64,000 nt of DNA from Candidatus Bathyarchaeota archaeon (GCA_963733055.1 CAVTBR010000001.1:1248001-1312000); one strand, 5' to 3'. Shown: positions 1 through 9,158, numbered from the stretch's first letter. Notes: a model not told the origin generated them from the sequence alone. A program made the numbers and translations.

Positions 1-648
1 AGGTACCTTCAAACCGGAGGACGAGTAGGATATGTGTCCGCGATGAGGCCGCCAGAAGCGGTCAAGAAAGATTTAGCGAAATTGGACATCGACGTCTCCG
101 CGGCCATAGCCGAACGGCGTCTTAACGTGGACGATTGGTATACTGCAACTCTCACGGGAGGTCGGATTACCACCGAGCAGGAAAAGACAGGTTTGTTGGA
201 GCCGATTGATGGAGGTACTCGTGTGCGGTCTATAAAAGTCGCTGACTTGAGCGTTGAATGGCTTAGATTGTCAAAGGAAGGTCCACGGCCGTTTGACGTA
301 ATTGAAACTTGGCCGCCGGGGGCCTTGACGATCTTCGACTCTCTTACTGAGGTAACGCGATTTAATGAAGAAAATTCCTACTTGGAATACGCAATTACTC
401 GAGGCTGGACGAATGAGCGTAAAGCGAAAAGAATTCGGATCGGTGGAGTTGCTCGCGGTGTTCAGGCAGAGTCATTCTATAAGCGACTCGAAGGCGCGAG
501 CGATGGAATCATAGACCTCCGAGTGATGGAACGCGATGATGAAGCGAAAAACTTCCTCCGGGTTAGGAGCCTGAAAGGCCAGCCACATGACGCCCGCTGG
601 CATGAGATAGAACTCAAACCAAACGGGGAAACAATGCTGGTCAGCTAG
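1..648 (+). CDS. KaiC/RAD55-like (RecA-fold) single-domain protein, 5'-truncated by window edge
   Basis: Frame open from base 1; 'IFDSL', 'ASDGIIDLRV', 'LRVRSLKGQPHDARWH' match the KaiC-like C-terminal pattern; paralogous to 8393, 11270 and 12043. Confidence 0.75.
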   Translation, partial: RYLQTGGRVGYVSAMRPPEAVKKDLAKLDIDVSAAIAERRLNVDDWYTATLTGGRITTEQEKTGLLEPIDGGTRVRSIKVADLSVEWLRLSKEGPRPFDVIETWPPGALTIFDSLTEVTRFNEENSYLEYAITRGWTNERKAKRIRIGGVARGVQAESFYKRLEGASDGIIDLRVMERDDEAKNFLRVRSLKGQPHDARWHEIELKPNGETMLVS

Positions 649-655
649 GCTCTTG

Positions 656-687
656 GTGTGTGTGCGCACCATTAGACCCACACACAC
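656..687 (+). repeat. Intergenic repeat copy 1: GTGTGTGTGCGCA-CCATTA-GACCCACACACAC (imperfect inverted arms, 6-bp centre)
   Basis: 660-685 is 25/26 identical to 2582-2607. Confidence 0.85.
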
Positions 688-699
688 AAAACTAACTGG

Positions 700-927
700 A
701 TGCTGATCTCACTCGAAAACAAGGATCTGGTGAAACTGCCACCAAAACTTACCTTACTTTGTGCCGAATGCAACGCCCCGTTCGAGAAGATTGGCTGGAT
801 TATTGGGACAAGAGCCGGTATCGGAGGTATCCCCGGCTACGCTTGGTACTACGTCAAGTGTCCCAACTGTGGCAAACGGCACTGGAACAAACTCATTCAC
901 CTGGAAATTGGCAAACGGCCACAATGA
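700..927 (+). CDS. Small zinc-ribbon protein
   Basis: CAEC and CPNC motifs, 75 aa. Confidence 0.65.
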   Translation: MLISLENKDLVKLPPKLTLLCAECNAPFEKIGWIIGTRAGIGGIPGYAWYYVKCPNCGKRHWNKLIHLEIGKRPQ

Positions 928-1160
928 ATGCTGAGAATGCCAAGGTCCTCCGGGTTGAGGACATCTGACACGGTGTCACCGTGAGATAAGAGAGGAAAGA
1001 CCCGCTGGAAGGGTTGAGTGAATTGGTTTCTCGCGATCACGTGATGCATGAATGATTCATTCATTCTGTTTATCACCGGCCGCGACGTTTCGTCGGTCGT
1101 AAGGATGTGTGAGAAGAGTTGTACTCGCAACCGTTGAAAAGAGCTAGGAGAGTGAGTGGA

Positions 1161-2567
1161 ATGTTTGAACGCAGGACTGCGGTTGTGGTTCTTGCCGCCC
1201 TCATCATAGTGGGTCTGCTGATAGGTACAGTGGGCACTTGGATTTACTTTGCGAACCCTGCTTCAAGCAATAACAGCCTCCTCAGTTCAACTTCATTTTC
1301 AATCTCATCCACGGCATCGCAGGAAATTGCATGTTCCAACGTCGCCCAATATGACGAGAGCATACCCCCCGCTTACCAGTCTATGTACACTACGTTGAGC
1401 CAGATTTTGGACGACTTCAACCAGACCGTAAGCGGAACCCCGCCGACGGCAAGCCATGGAGTAATCTATGCTACTGAATTGCTTCCGGCAGATTCGAACA
1501 TAGGCGAAAGGCTCCTCGCGCCGCAGGTGATGCAAGGCGTTGTCAACTTTCTAAACGGAATCCAGAAACTAGGCGTTGAGGGCGTCACAATCGACGTATC
1601 CTACCCGATCCTGGTTCCGTCGTTCCCGAACTACACTCAGTACCTGAATTTCTACGAGAACGTTGTCGAGCAGGTCCGAGCTAGAGGAATGAAGATAGAC
1701 ATAGAGTCGGAGACTCCCCTACTGGTTGGGTACCCTGGTCTCTCACTGGGTTCTGTGAACTACGCGAACCTGAGTTACGACAACTATGTGAGTGAAGATA
1801 GGACAATGATTCAAACAGTGATAAGCGACCTACACCCCGACTACCTGAACATAGGAACCGAAACCGACACGTTACAAATACTCCTCCCCTACTCAGAGAT
1901 CAGCACCCCCCAAGGATGGGGCACGTACATCAATTCCTTACTCACAGGATTGAACAAAGGTAGCACGAAAATTAATGTTGGAATCGGCACCTGGGATCCT
2001 ATCAGCTACCTATATGCTACACTCAACAATTCAGCAATAGATGCCATCGACATCCACATCTACCCAGTCTACGGCAACTATCTTTCAATTCTAACCCAGA
2101 TAGGCCAGCTCTCCCGACAGTACGGCAAACCAATCGTTATCGATGAAATGTGGCTCCACAAGAGCACAATGAATGAAGGCCACAACTTCGCCACGGACGC
2201 GGGAATCTCAGCCCGAAACATGTACGCTTTCTGGGCTCCCCTCGACGAGAAATTCTTGAAGGTCATGGCGACGTACTCGCAAGTCTACAATGTTGCCTTC
2301 ATATCGCCCTTCGAATCCACGTACTTCTTCGCGTACCTGAACTACACCTCTAGCTCGGCCAGCGTGCCATACTATGAAGCGAGACAGGTGTCATCCCGAG
2401 CCGCCGCCTACAACCTCGCAAACGGCCTCATATCTCCCCTAGGCTGCTACTACCAAAGCATGATCAAGAACCTGACACCGCTTAGCATCTCATCTTTCGC
2501 AACCGAGACCATGCTTAGCTCCGCTGTACAATGTGAAGTTCCGTCGATCCGATGCGAAAGACGGTAA
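1161..2567 (+). CDS. Membrane-anchored secreted glycoside hydrolase, clan GH-A-like TIM barrel
   Basis: N-terminal TM and Ser-rich linker; 'LNIGTE', 'DIHIYP', 'KPIVIDE' resemble GH-A acid/base and nucleophile motifs; ATG 1161 chosen over TTG 1119. Confidence 0.6.
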   Translation: MFERRTAVVVLAALIIVGLLIGTVGTWIYFANPASSNNSLLSSTSFSISSTASQEIACSNVAQYDESIPPAYQSMYTTLSQILDDFNQTVSGTPPTASHGVIYATELLPADSNIGERLLAPQVMQGVVNFLNGIQKLGVEGVTIDVSYPILVPSFPNYTQYLNFYENVVEQVRARGMKIDIESETPLLVGYPGLSLGSVNYANLSYDNYVSEDRTMIQTVISDLHPDYLNIGTETDTLQILLPYSEISTPQGWGTYINSLLTGLNKGSTKINVGIGTWDPISYLYATLNNSAIDAIDIHIYPVYGNYLSILTQIGQLSRQYGKPIVIDEMWLHKSTMNEGHNFATDAGISARNMYAFWAPLDEKFLKVMATYSQVYNVAFISPFESTYFFAYLNYTSSSASVPYYEARQVSSRAAAYNLANGLISPLGCYYQSMIKNLTPLSISSFATETMLSSAVQCEVPSIRCERR

Positions 2568-2581
2568 GCTTGCAGGAGGCC

Positions 2582-2607
2582 GTGTGCGCACCATCAGACC
2601 CACACAC
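2582..2607 (+). repeat. Intergenic repeat copy 2: GTGTGCGCA-CCATCA-GACCCACACAC
   Basis: Direct repeat of 660-685. Confidence 0.85.
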
Positions 2608-2623
2608 CTATTCAGTCCTGGAT

Positions 2624-2833
2624 TCAGCGTTCGATCTTGAAACCGATCCTCACGACTGCCTGGAATTGACTCACTTTGTTTTCCTTGATGGTTCCCCTGA
2701 ACTGGGTTGCTTCGAACCATTGCATTTGCTTGACGGTCTTCCCTGCTTCCTCAACGGCATTTCTAACTGCGTTCGCAAAGCTCTCATTTGATTCACCAAT
2801 AACCTCGATAATCTTCCAAACCAAATCGCTCAC
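2624..2833 (-). CDS. Dodecin family flavin-binding protein
   Basis: 'WKIIEVIGES..SFANAVRNAVEEAGKT..WFE..FQAVVRIGFKIE'; GTG start preceded by GGGGAG. Confidence 0.9.
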   Translation of the reverse strand: MSDLVWKIIEVIGESNESFANAVRNAVEEAGKTVKQMQWFEATQFRGTIKENKVSQFQAVVRIGFKIER

Positions 2834-2877
2834 CTCCCCAAACCAAACACTTGCATGATGGTTCAAAACTACTATTT

Positions 2878-2909
2878 GTGTGTGTTTGGTTCGGCTGGCG
2901 CTCACACAC
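2878..2909 (-). repeat. Intergenic repeat copy 3, inverted with divergent centre
   Basis: Reverse complement GTGTGTGAGCGCCAGCCGAACCAAACACACAC is 21/32 identical to copy 1, same length, outer arms conserved. Confidence 0.6.
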
Positions 2910-2997
2910 TAAAGTGAAGAGAGAGAATCCAACCTAACAGCTAATACTGTATTCTCGGAACAGATTTCGAAGAAATCTTAGGAGTGAATTATCCAAA

Positions 2998-3966
2998 ATG
3001 CAGGGCATTCTTTACCTCTCTCGTAAGGACGTTGAGGTTCTTGATTTCAGGATGATAGACGTAATCGCTGCCGTGGAGGAAGCCTTCAAAGAGAGAGGGA
3101 CAGGAGGGGCGGAAATGCCTCCCAAGCCTGGAGTTCACCCTCCTCATGATGCTTTCATCCATGCAATGCCAGCTTACCTTCCGGGTATGTCGGCTGTTGG
3201 AGTGAAATGGGTAAGCGGGTACCCGGAGAACTTCAAACAGGGACTGCCTTACATCTCGGGGTTGATAATTCTGAACGATCCGAAGACGGGTTTGCCGATT
3301 TCTGTGATGGATGCAACGTGGATAACCGCTAAGCGCACCGGAGCAGCCACAGCTTTGGCCGCCAAGTATCTTGCGAGACCAGAATCGAAGATTGTCGGAA
3401 TCATTGGTTGCGGAGTTCAGGGACGGAGCAACCTGGAAGCGCTCGAGGCGCTAATGAAACTTGAAGAGGTCAGAGCCCACGATACTTCATCCGCAAACCT
3501 TCACCGGTACGTCGAAGAGATGACGACGAAATTCAGCATTAAAGTGAAACCGGTTAACAGTCCCCGAGAAGCCGTCGAGGGGTCAGATATTATTGTGACC
3601 GCTGGGCCAATCTTGAAGCACCCAAGTCCAATCATTGAGAAGTCTTGGCTGAAGGCTGGGGTATTCGCATCTCCTGTAGACTTCGATTCTTACTGGAAGC
3701 CTGAAGCTATGCGGACGATGGATAAATTCTACACCGACGATATCCAGCAGCTGGAGTACTATAGATCGACAGGATACTTCCAAAACCTTCCCAGTGTCTA
3801 CGCGGAATTGGGGGAAGTAGTGGCTGGTCGCAAAGCCGGAAGAGAAAGTGCGGACGAGCGGATTATGTCGATGAATCTGGGTGTCGCAATTGAGGACGTT
3901 GCGGTCGCGGCGCAGATTTACCGAGAGGCAAGGAGAAAAGGAGTAGGGAAAGAGCTGTCCCTGTAA
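2998..3966 (+). CDS. Ornithine cyclodeaminase/mu-crystallin family protein (archaeal alanine dehydrogenase-like)
   Basis: 'HAMPAY', 'GVKWVS..PEN', 'ITAKRTGAA', Rossmann 'GCGVQG', 'GVAIEDVA'. Confidence 0.9.
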   Translation: MQGILYLSRKDVEVLDFRMIDVIAAVEEAFKERGTGGAEMPPKPGVHPPHDAFIHAMPAYLPGMSAVGVKWVSGYPENFKQGLPYISGLIILNDPKTGLPISVMDATWITAKRTGAATALAAKYLARPESKIVGIIGCGVQGRSNLEALEALMKLEEVRAHDTSSANLHRYVEEMTTKFSIKVKPVNSPREAVEGSDIIVTAGPILKHPSPIIEKSWLKAGVFASPVDFDSYWKPEAMRTMDKFYTDDIQQLEYYRSTGYFQNLPSVYAELGEVVAGRKAGRESADERIMSMNLGVAIEDVAVAAQIYREARRKGVGKELSL

Positions 3967-3979
3967 TGGTCTTGCGAGT

Positions 3980-4609
3980 TCAACCTACCGTCAATATTGT
4001 CTGTGCAAAGTCTCCCTGGTTCCCCGTGACCTGAACAACATACGAGCCGGGCAGAACATTTCCGACAATGAAACCACCATAAGCGGTCCCGCCTTGGACG
4101 ACGCACGCAGCCGTACCCGGTAGGATTGGGTTCGGAGAAGAGGGACTGGAGAGTTGGCAGGTTGTATCCGTTGGGAGTAGGCCAGTGGCTTGAATCGAGA
4201 CTCTAGATCCGGCCTGAAGGCTAACGGGGTTGCTCATGCCAGACTGGCTGGTGCTTCCACCTACTTGGATAATGGCTTGCGCGAAGTCCCCATCATTTCC
4301 TGTGACTTGAATCACGTACGAGCCGGGTAAGACGTTTCCAACGATGAAACCACCGTCAGGCGCGCCGGTTCCGACTTGAACGACACAAGCTGAGTTAATG
4401 AAGAGTGAGTTTGACGAAGGGCTTGAAACATTGCAAGTCGTATCAGTTGGTAGGAAGCCCGTGCCGCTGAATGACACCTCGTGGTTCGAGCCGCCGCTTA
4501 ACGCGATCACAGGTTCAGATTGAACGGACAGGAGTAGAGTGCTAGCTGCGGAGATCAGAAGGGCACACACTAGGATCGTTCCGATGAGTCTCAACGGTAA
4601 CCCATCCAT
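3980..4609 (-). CDS. Secreted protein with two tandem ~70-aa beta-rich repeats
   Basis: Signal peptide; 'LPTDTTC..SSPSS...ACVVQ...GGFIVGNVLPGSYV.QVTGN.GDFAQ' occurs twice. Confidence 0.7.
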   Translation of the reverse strand: MDGLPLRLIGTILVCALLISAASTLLLSVQSEPVIALSGGSNHEVSFSGTGFLPTDTTCNVSSPSSNSLFINSACVVQVGTGAPDGGFIVGNVLPGSYVIQVTGNDGDFAQAIIQVGGSTSQSGMSNPVSLQAGSRVSIQATGLLPTDTTCQLSSPSSPNPILPGTAACVVQGGTAYGGFIVGNVLPGSYVVQVTGNQGDFAQTILTVG

Positions 4610-4681
4610 TCTCCTATCATGGAATTATTGTTTGTGATAGGGAGGCATAACTGAAATCATGATATGAGCGTCGTCTAGTGA

Positions 4682-5635
4682 TTAGGATGGACGAATGCCT
4701 TCTGTTCTTTTCAGAACGCGGAGTGCGGTAAGAGTGATCCATTTGCTCGGCTTTCCCTCTACTTCCAACGCAAATGGTTTAGGCCGTTTTCTTAAACGAT
4801 AGCTCGCACCAACGCCTAGGTCGGGGTGGATGGCGTCGAGGGCCCATCTCCCGTCAGGCCTGAGCTTGTTCTGTAAGATTTGTAGGGCTGGTTTCAAGCG
4901 TCGGTCGTCTGCGTATCCGAGACCGGTTATGATATCTAAACCGACGAGTAGGTCGTAGTAGTAGTGGACCGGGTAGTGGAACCTGAGCCAAGGCGGGTAG
5001 CTATGCCCCTCTCTGAACAGTTTCCGCTCTAAGTAGAATTCCGCACCTCGCTCAGCAGAGCGTTTGATTCCTCGGGTACGCCGATTCCTAGGCAAGGCTG
5101 CGAAAGCTGCAAGGGCTTCCCAGCAGTCAAGAGTTCCTCTGGACGATTCAAAACAGTGCCACCCTCCGTCTTCTTTTTGATCTTCAACCAGTCTATCAAA
5201 TAATCTTCTCACTCTAGGATCGTCTTCGTATCCAAAACGGGTCAGCATCCGAGCCGTGTTGCCTACAATGCATACTTCATCGTTGAAAATATTCTCCGCG
5301 GAAGGTAATGGAAGCCATTGCTTGAAGAATAAATCGGCAGCCTTTCTGACCCATTTGTTTTCCTTAGTTAACCCCAGATCGGAGAGAATGAGTGCCATCC
5401 AGTTTGTCGCCCTGTACTTGGGCGTGTAGAGATTCTTACCTGACTCCCAGAACCCGCCAGCATTCTGCGCTTTGAGGATTTGATACACCCAGCCGAGTTT
5501 CGAAATATTGGAATGAGTCCTCCGAACTTCGTGGTTGTCTTTTGAATAGTCCAGTAAGTCCAGGAGCGTATAGTATCGGACGGATGGCTGATTAGGTTCC
5601 AACAGCCAATTCAAGACTTCTTGACCCGGTTTCAT
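4682..5635 (-). CDS. Prenyltransferase/squalene-cyclase-repeat (alpha/alpha barrel) protein
   Basis: QW-like motifs 'QNAGGFW', 'QKEDGGWHC', 'PDGRW'; 'YPVHYYYDLL'; paralog at 44432. Confidence 0.75.
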   Translation of the reverse strand: MKPGQEVLNWLLEPNQPSVRYYTLLDLLDYSKDNHEVRRTHSNISKLGWVYQILKAQNAGGFWESGKNLYTPKYRATNWMALILSDLGLTKENKWVRKAADLFFKQWLPLPSAENIFNDEVCIVGNTARMLTRFGYEDDPRVRRLFDRLVEDQKEDGGWHCFESSRGTLDCWEALAAFAALPRNRRTRGIKRSAERGAEFYLERKLFREGHSYPPWLRFHYPVHYYYDLLVGLDIITGLGYADDRRLKPALQILQNKLRPDGRWALDAIHPDLGVGASYRLRKRPKPFALEVEGKPSKWITLTALRVLKRTEGIRPS

Positions 5636-5783
5636 CAGTTAATCAGCTAGAATTCGTTTTGACGATACTTAAGCCGGATGATGACCCGTGATCCCCGTAC
5701 GTGCCTTTATTCTAGGCTATTGGGCGACGCAGCCATTTACTAGAGGTTATTTTCCGGGGCATACAAGAGCCGTCTGAGTAACA

Positions 5784-6338
5784 ATGGCTGTCTGGAACCT
5801 TGTGCTAAGCGGATACCCGGCGTCGGGGAAGTCTGTCCTAGCCAGACGGCTTGTTTCTGAAAACCCGGAATTTGTGCGCCTCAACGTAGACGATTTGAGG
5901 AAGATGTACTTCGGAGCCAGCGAACCCAAGGACGATGAGTTCGTTTACCACACAATAGCCACACTACGCGACTCAATACTTAGGAAACGGCGGAGCGTGG
6001 TGATTGACTCTACCGCCCCCCGAAACTCCACACGACATATGCTTCTTAGCACTAAAGTTTCAGGCGTCACAAGATTATTGGTCGTGATGATTGTCGGAAA
6101 GAACGAATTAGAAGTTCGAAACCGCCAACGTGGGATGGAGGGAGCCGTAGCGGCATGGGATAAGGTCTGGGAGAACCCAGTAGGACACGTGGCTATCGTG
6201 AATTTCAGAAACAACTCCCTAGCCGAATTCGAAACAAGCTACTACATTCTAACCGAGCTCCTAGCCAGTAAGGTTCATCCATTCAAACGCAAATTCCTCA
6301 AACACATCTACCCAAGAATCCTAAGGTCAACGGGTTGA
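5784..6338 (+). CDS. P-loop kinase (AAA_33/polynucleotide-kinase-like)
   Basis: Walker A 'GYPASGKS', 'LNVDDLR', 'VVIDST'. Confidence 0.8.
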   Translation: MAVWNLVLSGYPASGKSVLARRLVSENPEFVRLNVDDLRKMYFGASEPKDDEFVYHTIATLRDSILRKRRSVVIDSTAPRNSTRHMLLSTKVSGVTRLLVVMIVGKNELEVRNRQRGMEGAVAAWDKVWENPVGHVAIVNFRNNSLAEFETSYYILTELLASKVHPFKRKFLKHIYPRILRSTG

Positions 6339-6342
6339 CCTT
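6323..6342. terminator. Perfect hairpin AAGGTCAAC-GG-GTTGACCTT over the stop codon between convergent genes
   Basis: 9-bp perfect inverted repeat; terminator role inferred from position. Confidence 0.35.
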
Positions 6343-6366
6343 GTGTGCGCGTGGAATACCTACAAC
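6343..6366 (+). repeat. Degenerate intergenic repeat copy (GTGTGCGC...ACCTACA)
   Basis: Left arm identical to copies 1 and 2; 4 nt after stop codon. Confidence 0.4.
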
Positions 6367-6389
6367 TGGTTGATGCCCCAGTTTGAGCA

Positions 6390-7100
6390 TTAACCCAATT
6401 TATTTGCTTTCAGGAAAAGCGTGATGGCCGTGACGAAACTTAGAATCTTTGACGTGTCATTGAGCATTATGAACATCAAGTTGGAAGGGTATGAGAAACC
6501 GAAGAAGGCCCACACCGCGAATACAAAGAACATTCCTGCCAGCGAAAAAAGCGTGTATTTTGACACCTGAGTTAACGGCGATAATGTGAGAAGCGAGAAC
6601 GTCGAAATCTCAACGAGAAACAGGGGTAAGAAGAAGAGCAGCCGGTAAAGGGTTGGAGCAGGAGGAATCGGCGGGTATGTTCTGCTCATGACAATTAAGT
6701 CAAATGGGAGTTCAAATATCATCGGCGCCGCCGCCATGCCAACGAAGGCGCTCCCCACCGCAACCTTCACCCCGTGACTTCTACCCAGATACGCGATGAA
6801 CGTGAGCAGCCCAGAAATTTCCGTAACTGGGGTAATCGGGTTTGTAGGTGAAGTACTCAGCAAATGCTGTTGGCTTAATTGCACGGCATAGGTGACGATG
6901 GCAACGAGAAACGTTACCAAAGAAAGAATCCAGATTAGTATCAAGAAACCCCCAGCCGTCTTTCCAGGCCTCGTGATCTTGACTGGAGCAGTCAACCTCC
7001 TTCCAAGATACGTGAGCAAGACTGCAACGGCAAGAAGCATAACGGCCAAGAAGACTGCTTTACTGCCCAGGTATGGGGTCCACGTGCCGTATTGGGTCAA
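6390..7100 (-). CDS. Multi-pass membrane protein, unknown function
   Basis: About 7 hydrophobic segments. Confidence 0.7.
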   Translation of the reverse strand: MTQYGTWTPYLGSKAVFLAVMLLAVAVLLTYLGRRLTAPVKITRPGKTAGGFLILIWILSLVTFLVAIVTYAVQLSQQHLLSTSPTNPITPVTEISGLLTFIAYLGRSHGVKVAVGSAFVGMAAAPMIFELPFDLIVMSRTYPPIPPAPTLYRLLFFLPLFLVEISTFSLLTLSPLTQVSKYTLFSLAGMFFVFAVWAFFGFSYPSNLMFIMLNDTSKILSFVTAITLFLKANKLG

Positions 7101-7334
7101 GACTCGACATCTATCCTCTCAAGCGAGGGATTCCTTTCCGTTGCTATTATGCTGACTTGCCGAAAACCCGATTGACTCATCCGACTGCACTGGCATCACT
7201 CAACGGTCTTTTGCGCAAAACAGGACTTGAACCGCAGGGTGTAGGTCATTAGCAAATGAGTGTACACACTACGGAAATCGTCTCAACATCTTATTAGCAT
7301 CCCAACCCGTTGTCGTTGATGGGTTAGTAGGGGT

Positions 7335-8165
7335 ATGCGGAGCCGTTTCATCTTATTCCTAATGCTTCTAGCACTAGTTTGCCTGGTTCTTTCACCCTCA
7401 CAGGTAGCACACGCGACCACGACCATCACGCATGACAGCTCCGGATCTAATGACTGCGGGTCCTGCTCGACCCTGTCTTGGCCTATGACTGTGGGATCAG
7501 GTGCTAACGGCATCCTTCTTGTAGGCGTATCTTTGGAAGGGAGCTCATGCCACCCATTCCCAATTTGCACCGCTAACACCGTCACATATGGTGCGTCTTC
7601 GTTAACTTTAATCGGCCGGAATTTTGAAGAAAACGCCGTGAGTGAAATATGGTTTCTTCAACCCCCTACCGCGGGTACAGCCACAGTAACGGTCACCGTG
7701 AACGGTACCGCTGATTTCATGGTGGCAGGGTCGGTTTCGTTCTTCGGCGTTTCCGGATTTCATGATTTCACTCCCGGCCAGGGCCAGAGCACGAATCCGT
7801 CAGTAACGGTGAACGCCAACATGGGAGATGTGGTGTTTGATTGCGTCGTAACATTCACGGGCGAGGGCCATTATGGCAGTCTCGTTTGGAATAACCCACA
7901 ATCCCCTCAGTGGGAAATCGGTTTGGGTGGCGAGGTTAGCCAATTTGATGGGGGAGGAAGCTACCAACCCGCCGATCCGACAGTAACCAACGGTTGGCAC
8001 GCGACCACTCCCGGAAACATAGCGGACTGGGTAGACGTGGGGCTTGCACTGAGCCCAGTGAGTGCTCCGCCGATTCCGGAATATCCGCTTGGATTACCGC
8101 TACTCGCAATCTTCCTGATCGTAGGTTACGCAGTGATTCGACGCAACACCGCGCTGAGGAACTAG
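7335..8165 (+). CDS. Cell-surface protein with PEF-CTERM-like sorting signal
   Basis: Signal peptide; Thr/Gly/Val-rich beta domain; C-terminal 'IPEYP' + TM + RR. Confidence 0.75.
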   Translation: MRSRFILFLMLLALVCLVLSPSQVAHATTTITHDSSGSNDCGSCSTLSWPMTVGSGANGILLVGVSLEGSSCHPFPICTANTVTYGASSLTLIGRNFEENAVSEIWFLQPPTAGTATVTVTVNGTADFMVAGSVSFFGVSGFHDFTPGQGQSTNPSVTVNANMGDVVFDCVVTFTGEGHYGSLVWNNPQSPQWEIGLGGEVSQFDGGGSYQPADPTVTNGWHATTPGNIADWVDVGLALSPVSAPPIPEYPLGLPLLAIFLIVGYAVIRRNTALRN

Positions 8166-8270
8166 GAAAGAGAAGTTTCTGCTGGTTATTTCCTGAATAT
8201 TCGAGAGTAGATTTCGCGATTCGAGACCGAGTAGCCAATGGCTTGGTTGCGGGAGGATGCCATTTTGGGG

Positions 8271-8312
8271 ATAGTCCTTCCTGTGTGGGGGTATAGAGGT
8301 GTGGTGCGTGTG
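8271..8312 (-). repeat. Intergenic repeat copy, direct repeat of 9121-9156
   Basis: ATAGTCCTTCCTGTGTggGGGTATAG vs ATAGTCCTTCCTGTGTatGGGTATAG, 24/26 identical. Confidence 0.85.
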
Positions 8313-8392
8313 AGGCAAATGATTAGTCTCTCCTCAAGCTGAAGTTGATAAGGCAGATTTCAGTAAGATTTCCCGCCGAGTCGAAATTCTAG

Positions 8393-9124
8393 TTGCGCGC
8401 CGCCCTATCGATACCGATCCTGAAGCAAATGGTTCCAGGCGGTTTCCAATACGGACAGATTCTCATGGTTGTGTATGAGCCAGACTCGATCTGGTACGAC
8501 ACATCACTGACGATTACCGCTCTAGCGTTGAAGGAAGGAACAAGAGTCGAGTACCATACTTACGAGCACATTCCGGCCGAGGTTAGGTCATCTCTTTCGA
8601 AGCTAGGAGTGGAATTAAAGAAGCTTGAAGGGGAGGACAGACTGAGAATCCATGATAGCTACACCGGCCAAACAGGATTAGGCCAATCTGAAGCACCGAC
8701 AAAAAGCAAGGTTCCGATTCAACCTCTGAAACTCTCTGACTCCAGTATAGAGTTCGCGCAACACATCAAAGCAGGAATACCTGAACGAGACAGGAGACTC
8801 CTGCACATTGATGATAATATGGGCATTCTTCTTCAGTATAACGATGAGAAAACTGTCATCAACTTCGGGCGAACTCGAATGGTGCCCTGGGTACGAGCTC
8901 GTGAGACAACATATCTCGTTTCTATTCTAAGTGGAATCGCATCGGATGCTTTCTACAAACAGATCGGGTCGTTCTTTGACGGAATAATTGACTTCAAAGG
9001 TGAAGAGAAAGAAGGTCAAATCAAGCAATACTGTAGAATTAGAAGCATACGAGGTCAATCTTGCGATTCGCGATGGAGAAGCCTGGGAGTCTTGGATAAC
9101 GGGGAAGTTACACTATCGGTATAG
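8393..9124 (+). CDS. KaiC/RAD55-like protein with degenerate Walker A
   Basis: 'IPILKQMVPGGFQYGQILMVVYEPDS', 'DSY', 'FDGIIDFK', 'IRSIRGQSCDSRW'. Confidence 0.8.
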   Translation: MRAALSIPILKQMVPGGFQYGQILMVVYEPDSIWYDTSLTITALALKEGTRVEYHTYEHIPAEVRSSLSKLGVELKKLEGEDRLRIHDSYTGQTGLGQSEAPTKSKVPIQPLKLSDSSIEFAQHIKAGIPERDRRLLHIDDNMGILLQYNDEKTVINFGRTRMVPWVRARETTYLVSILSGIASDAFYKQIGSFFDGIIDFKGEEKEGQIKQYCRIRSIRGQSCDSRWRSLGVLDNGEVTLSV

Positions 9125-9158
9125 TCCTTCCTGTGTATGGGTATAGTTGTGCGTGCAT
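9121..9158 (-). repeat. Intergenic repeat copy overlapping the stop codon of the KaiC-like gene
   Basis: Reverse complement of 9133-9158 (ATGCACGCACAACTATACCCATACAC) is 19/26 identical to 660-685. Confidence 0.8.

Noticed and set aside
7222-7240. GGTTCAAGTCC on the minus strand, resembling a tRNA T-loop
   Set aside because: Flanking bases do not form a T-stem and no acceptor, D or anticodon arms are visible
7239-7269. GTGTAGGTC...TGTACACAC as another copy of the dif-like repeat
   Set aside because: Centre is 13 nt rather than 6 and arm identity is weak; not counted
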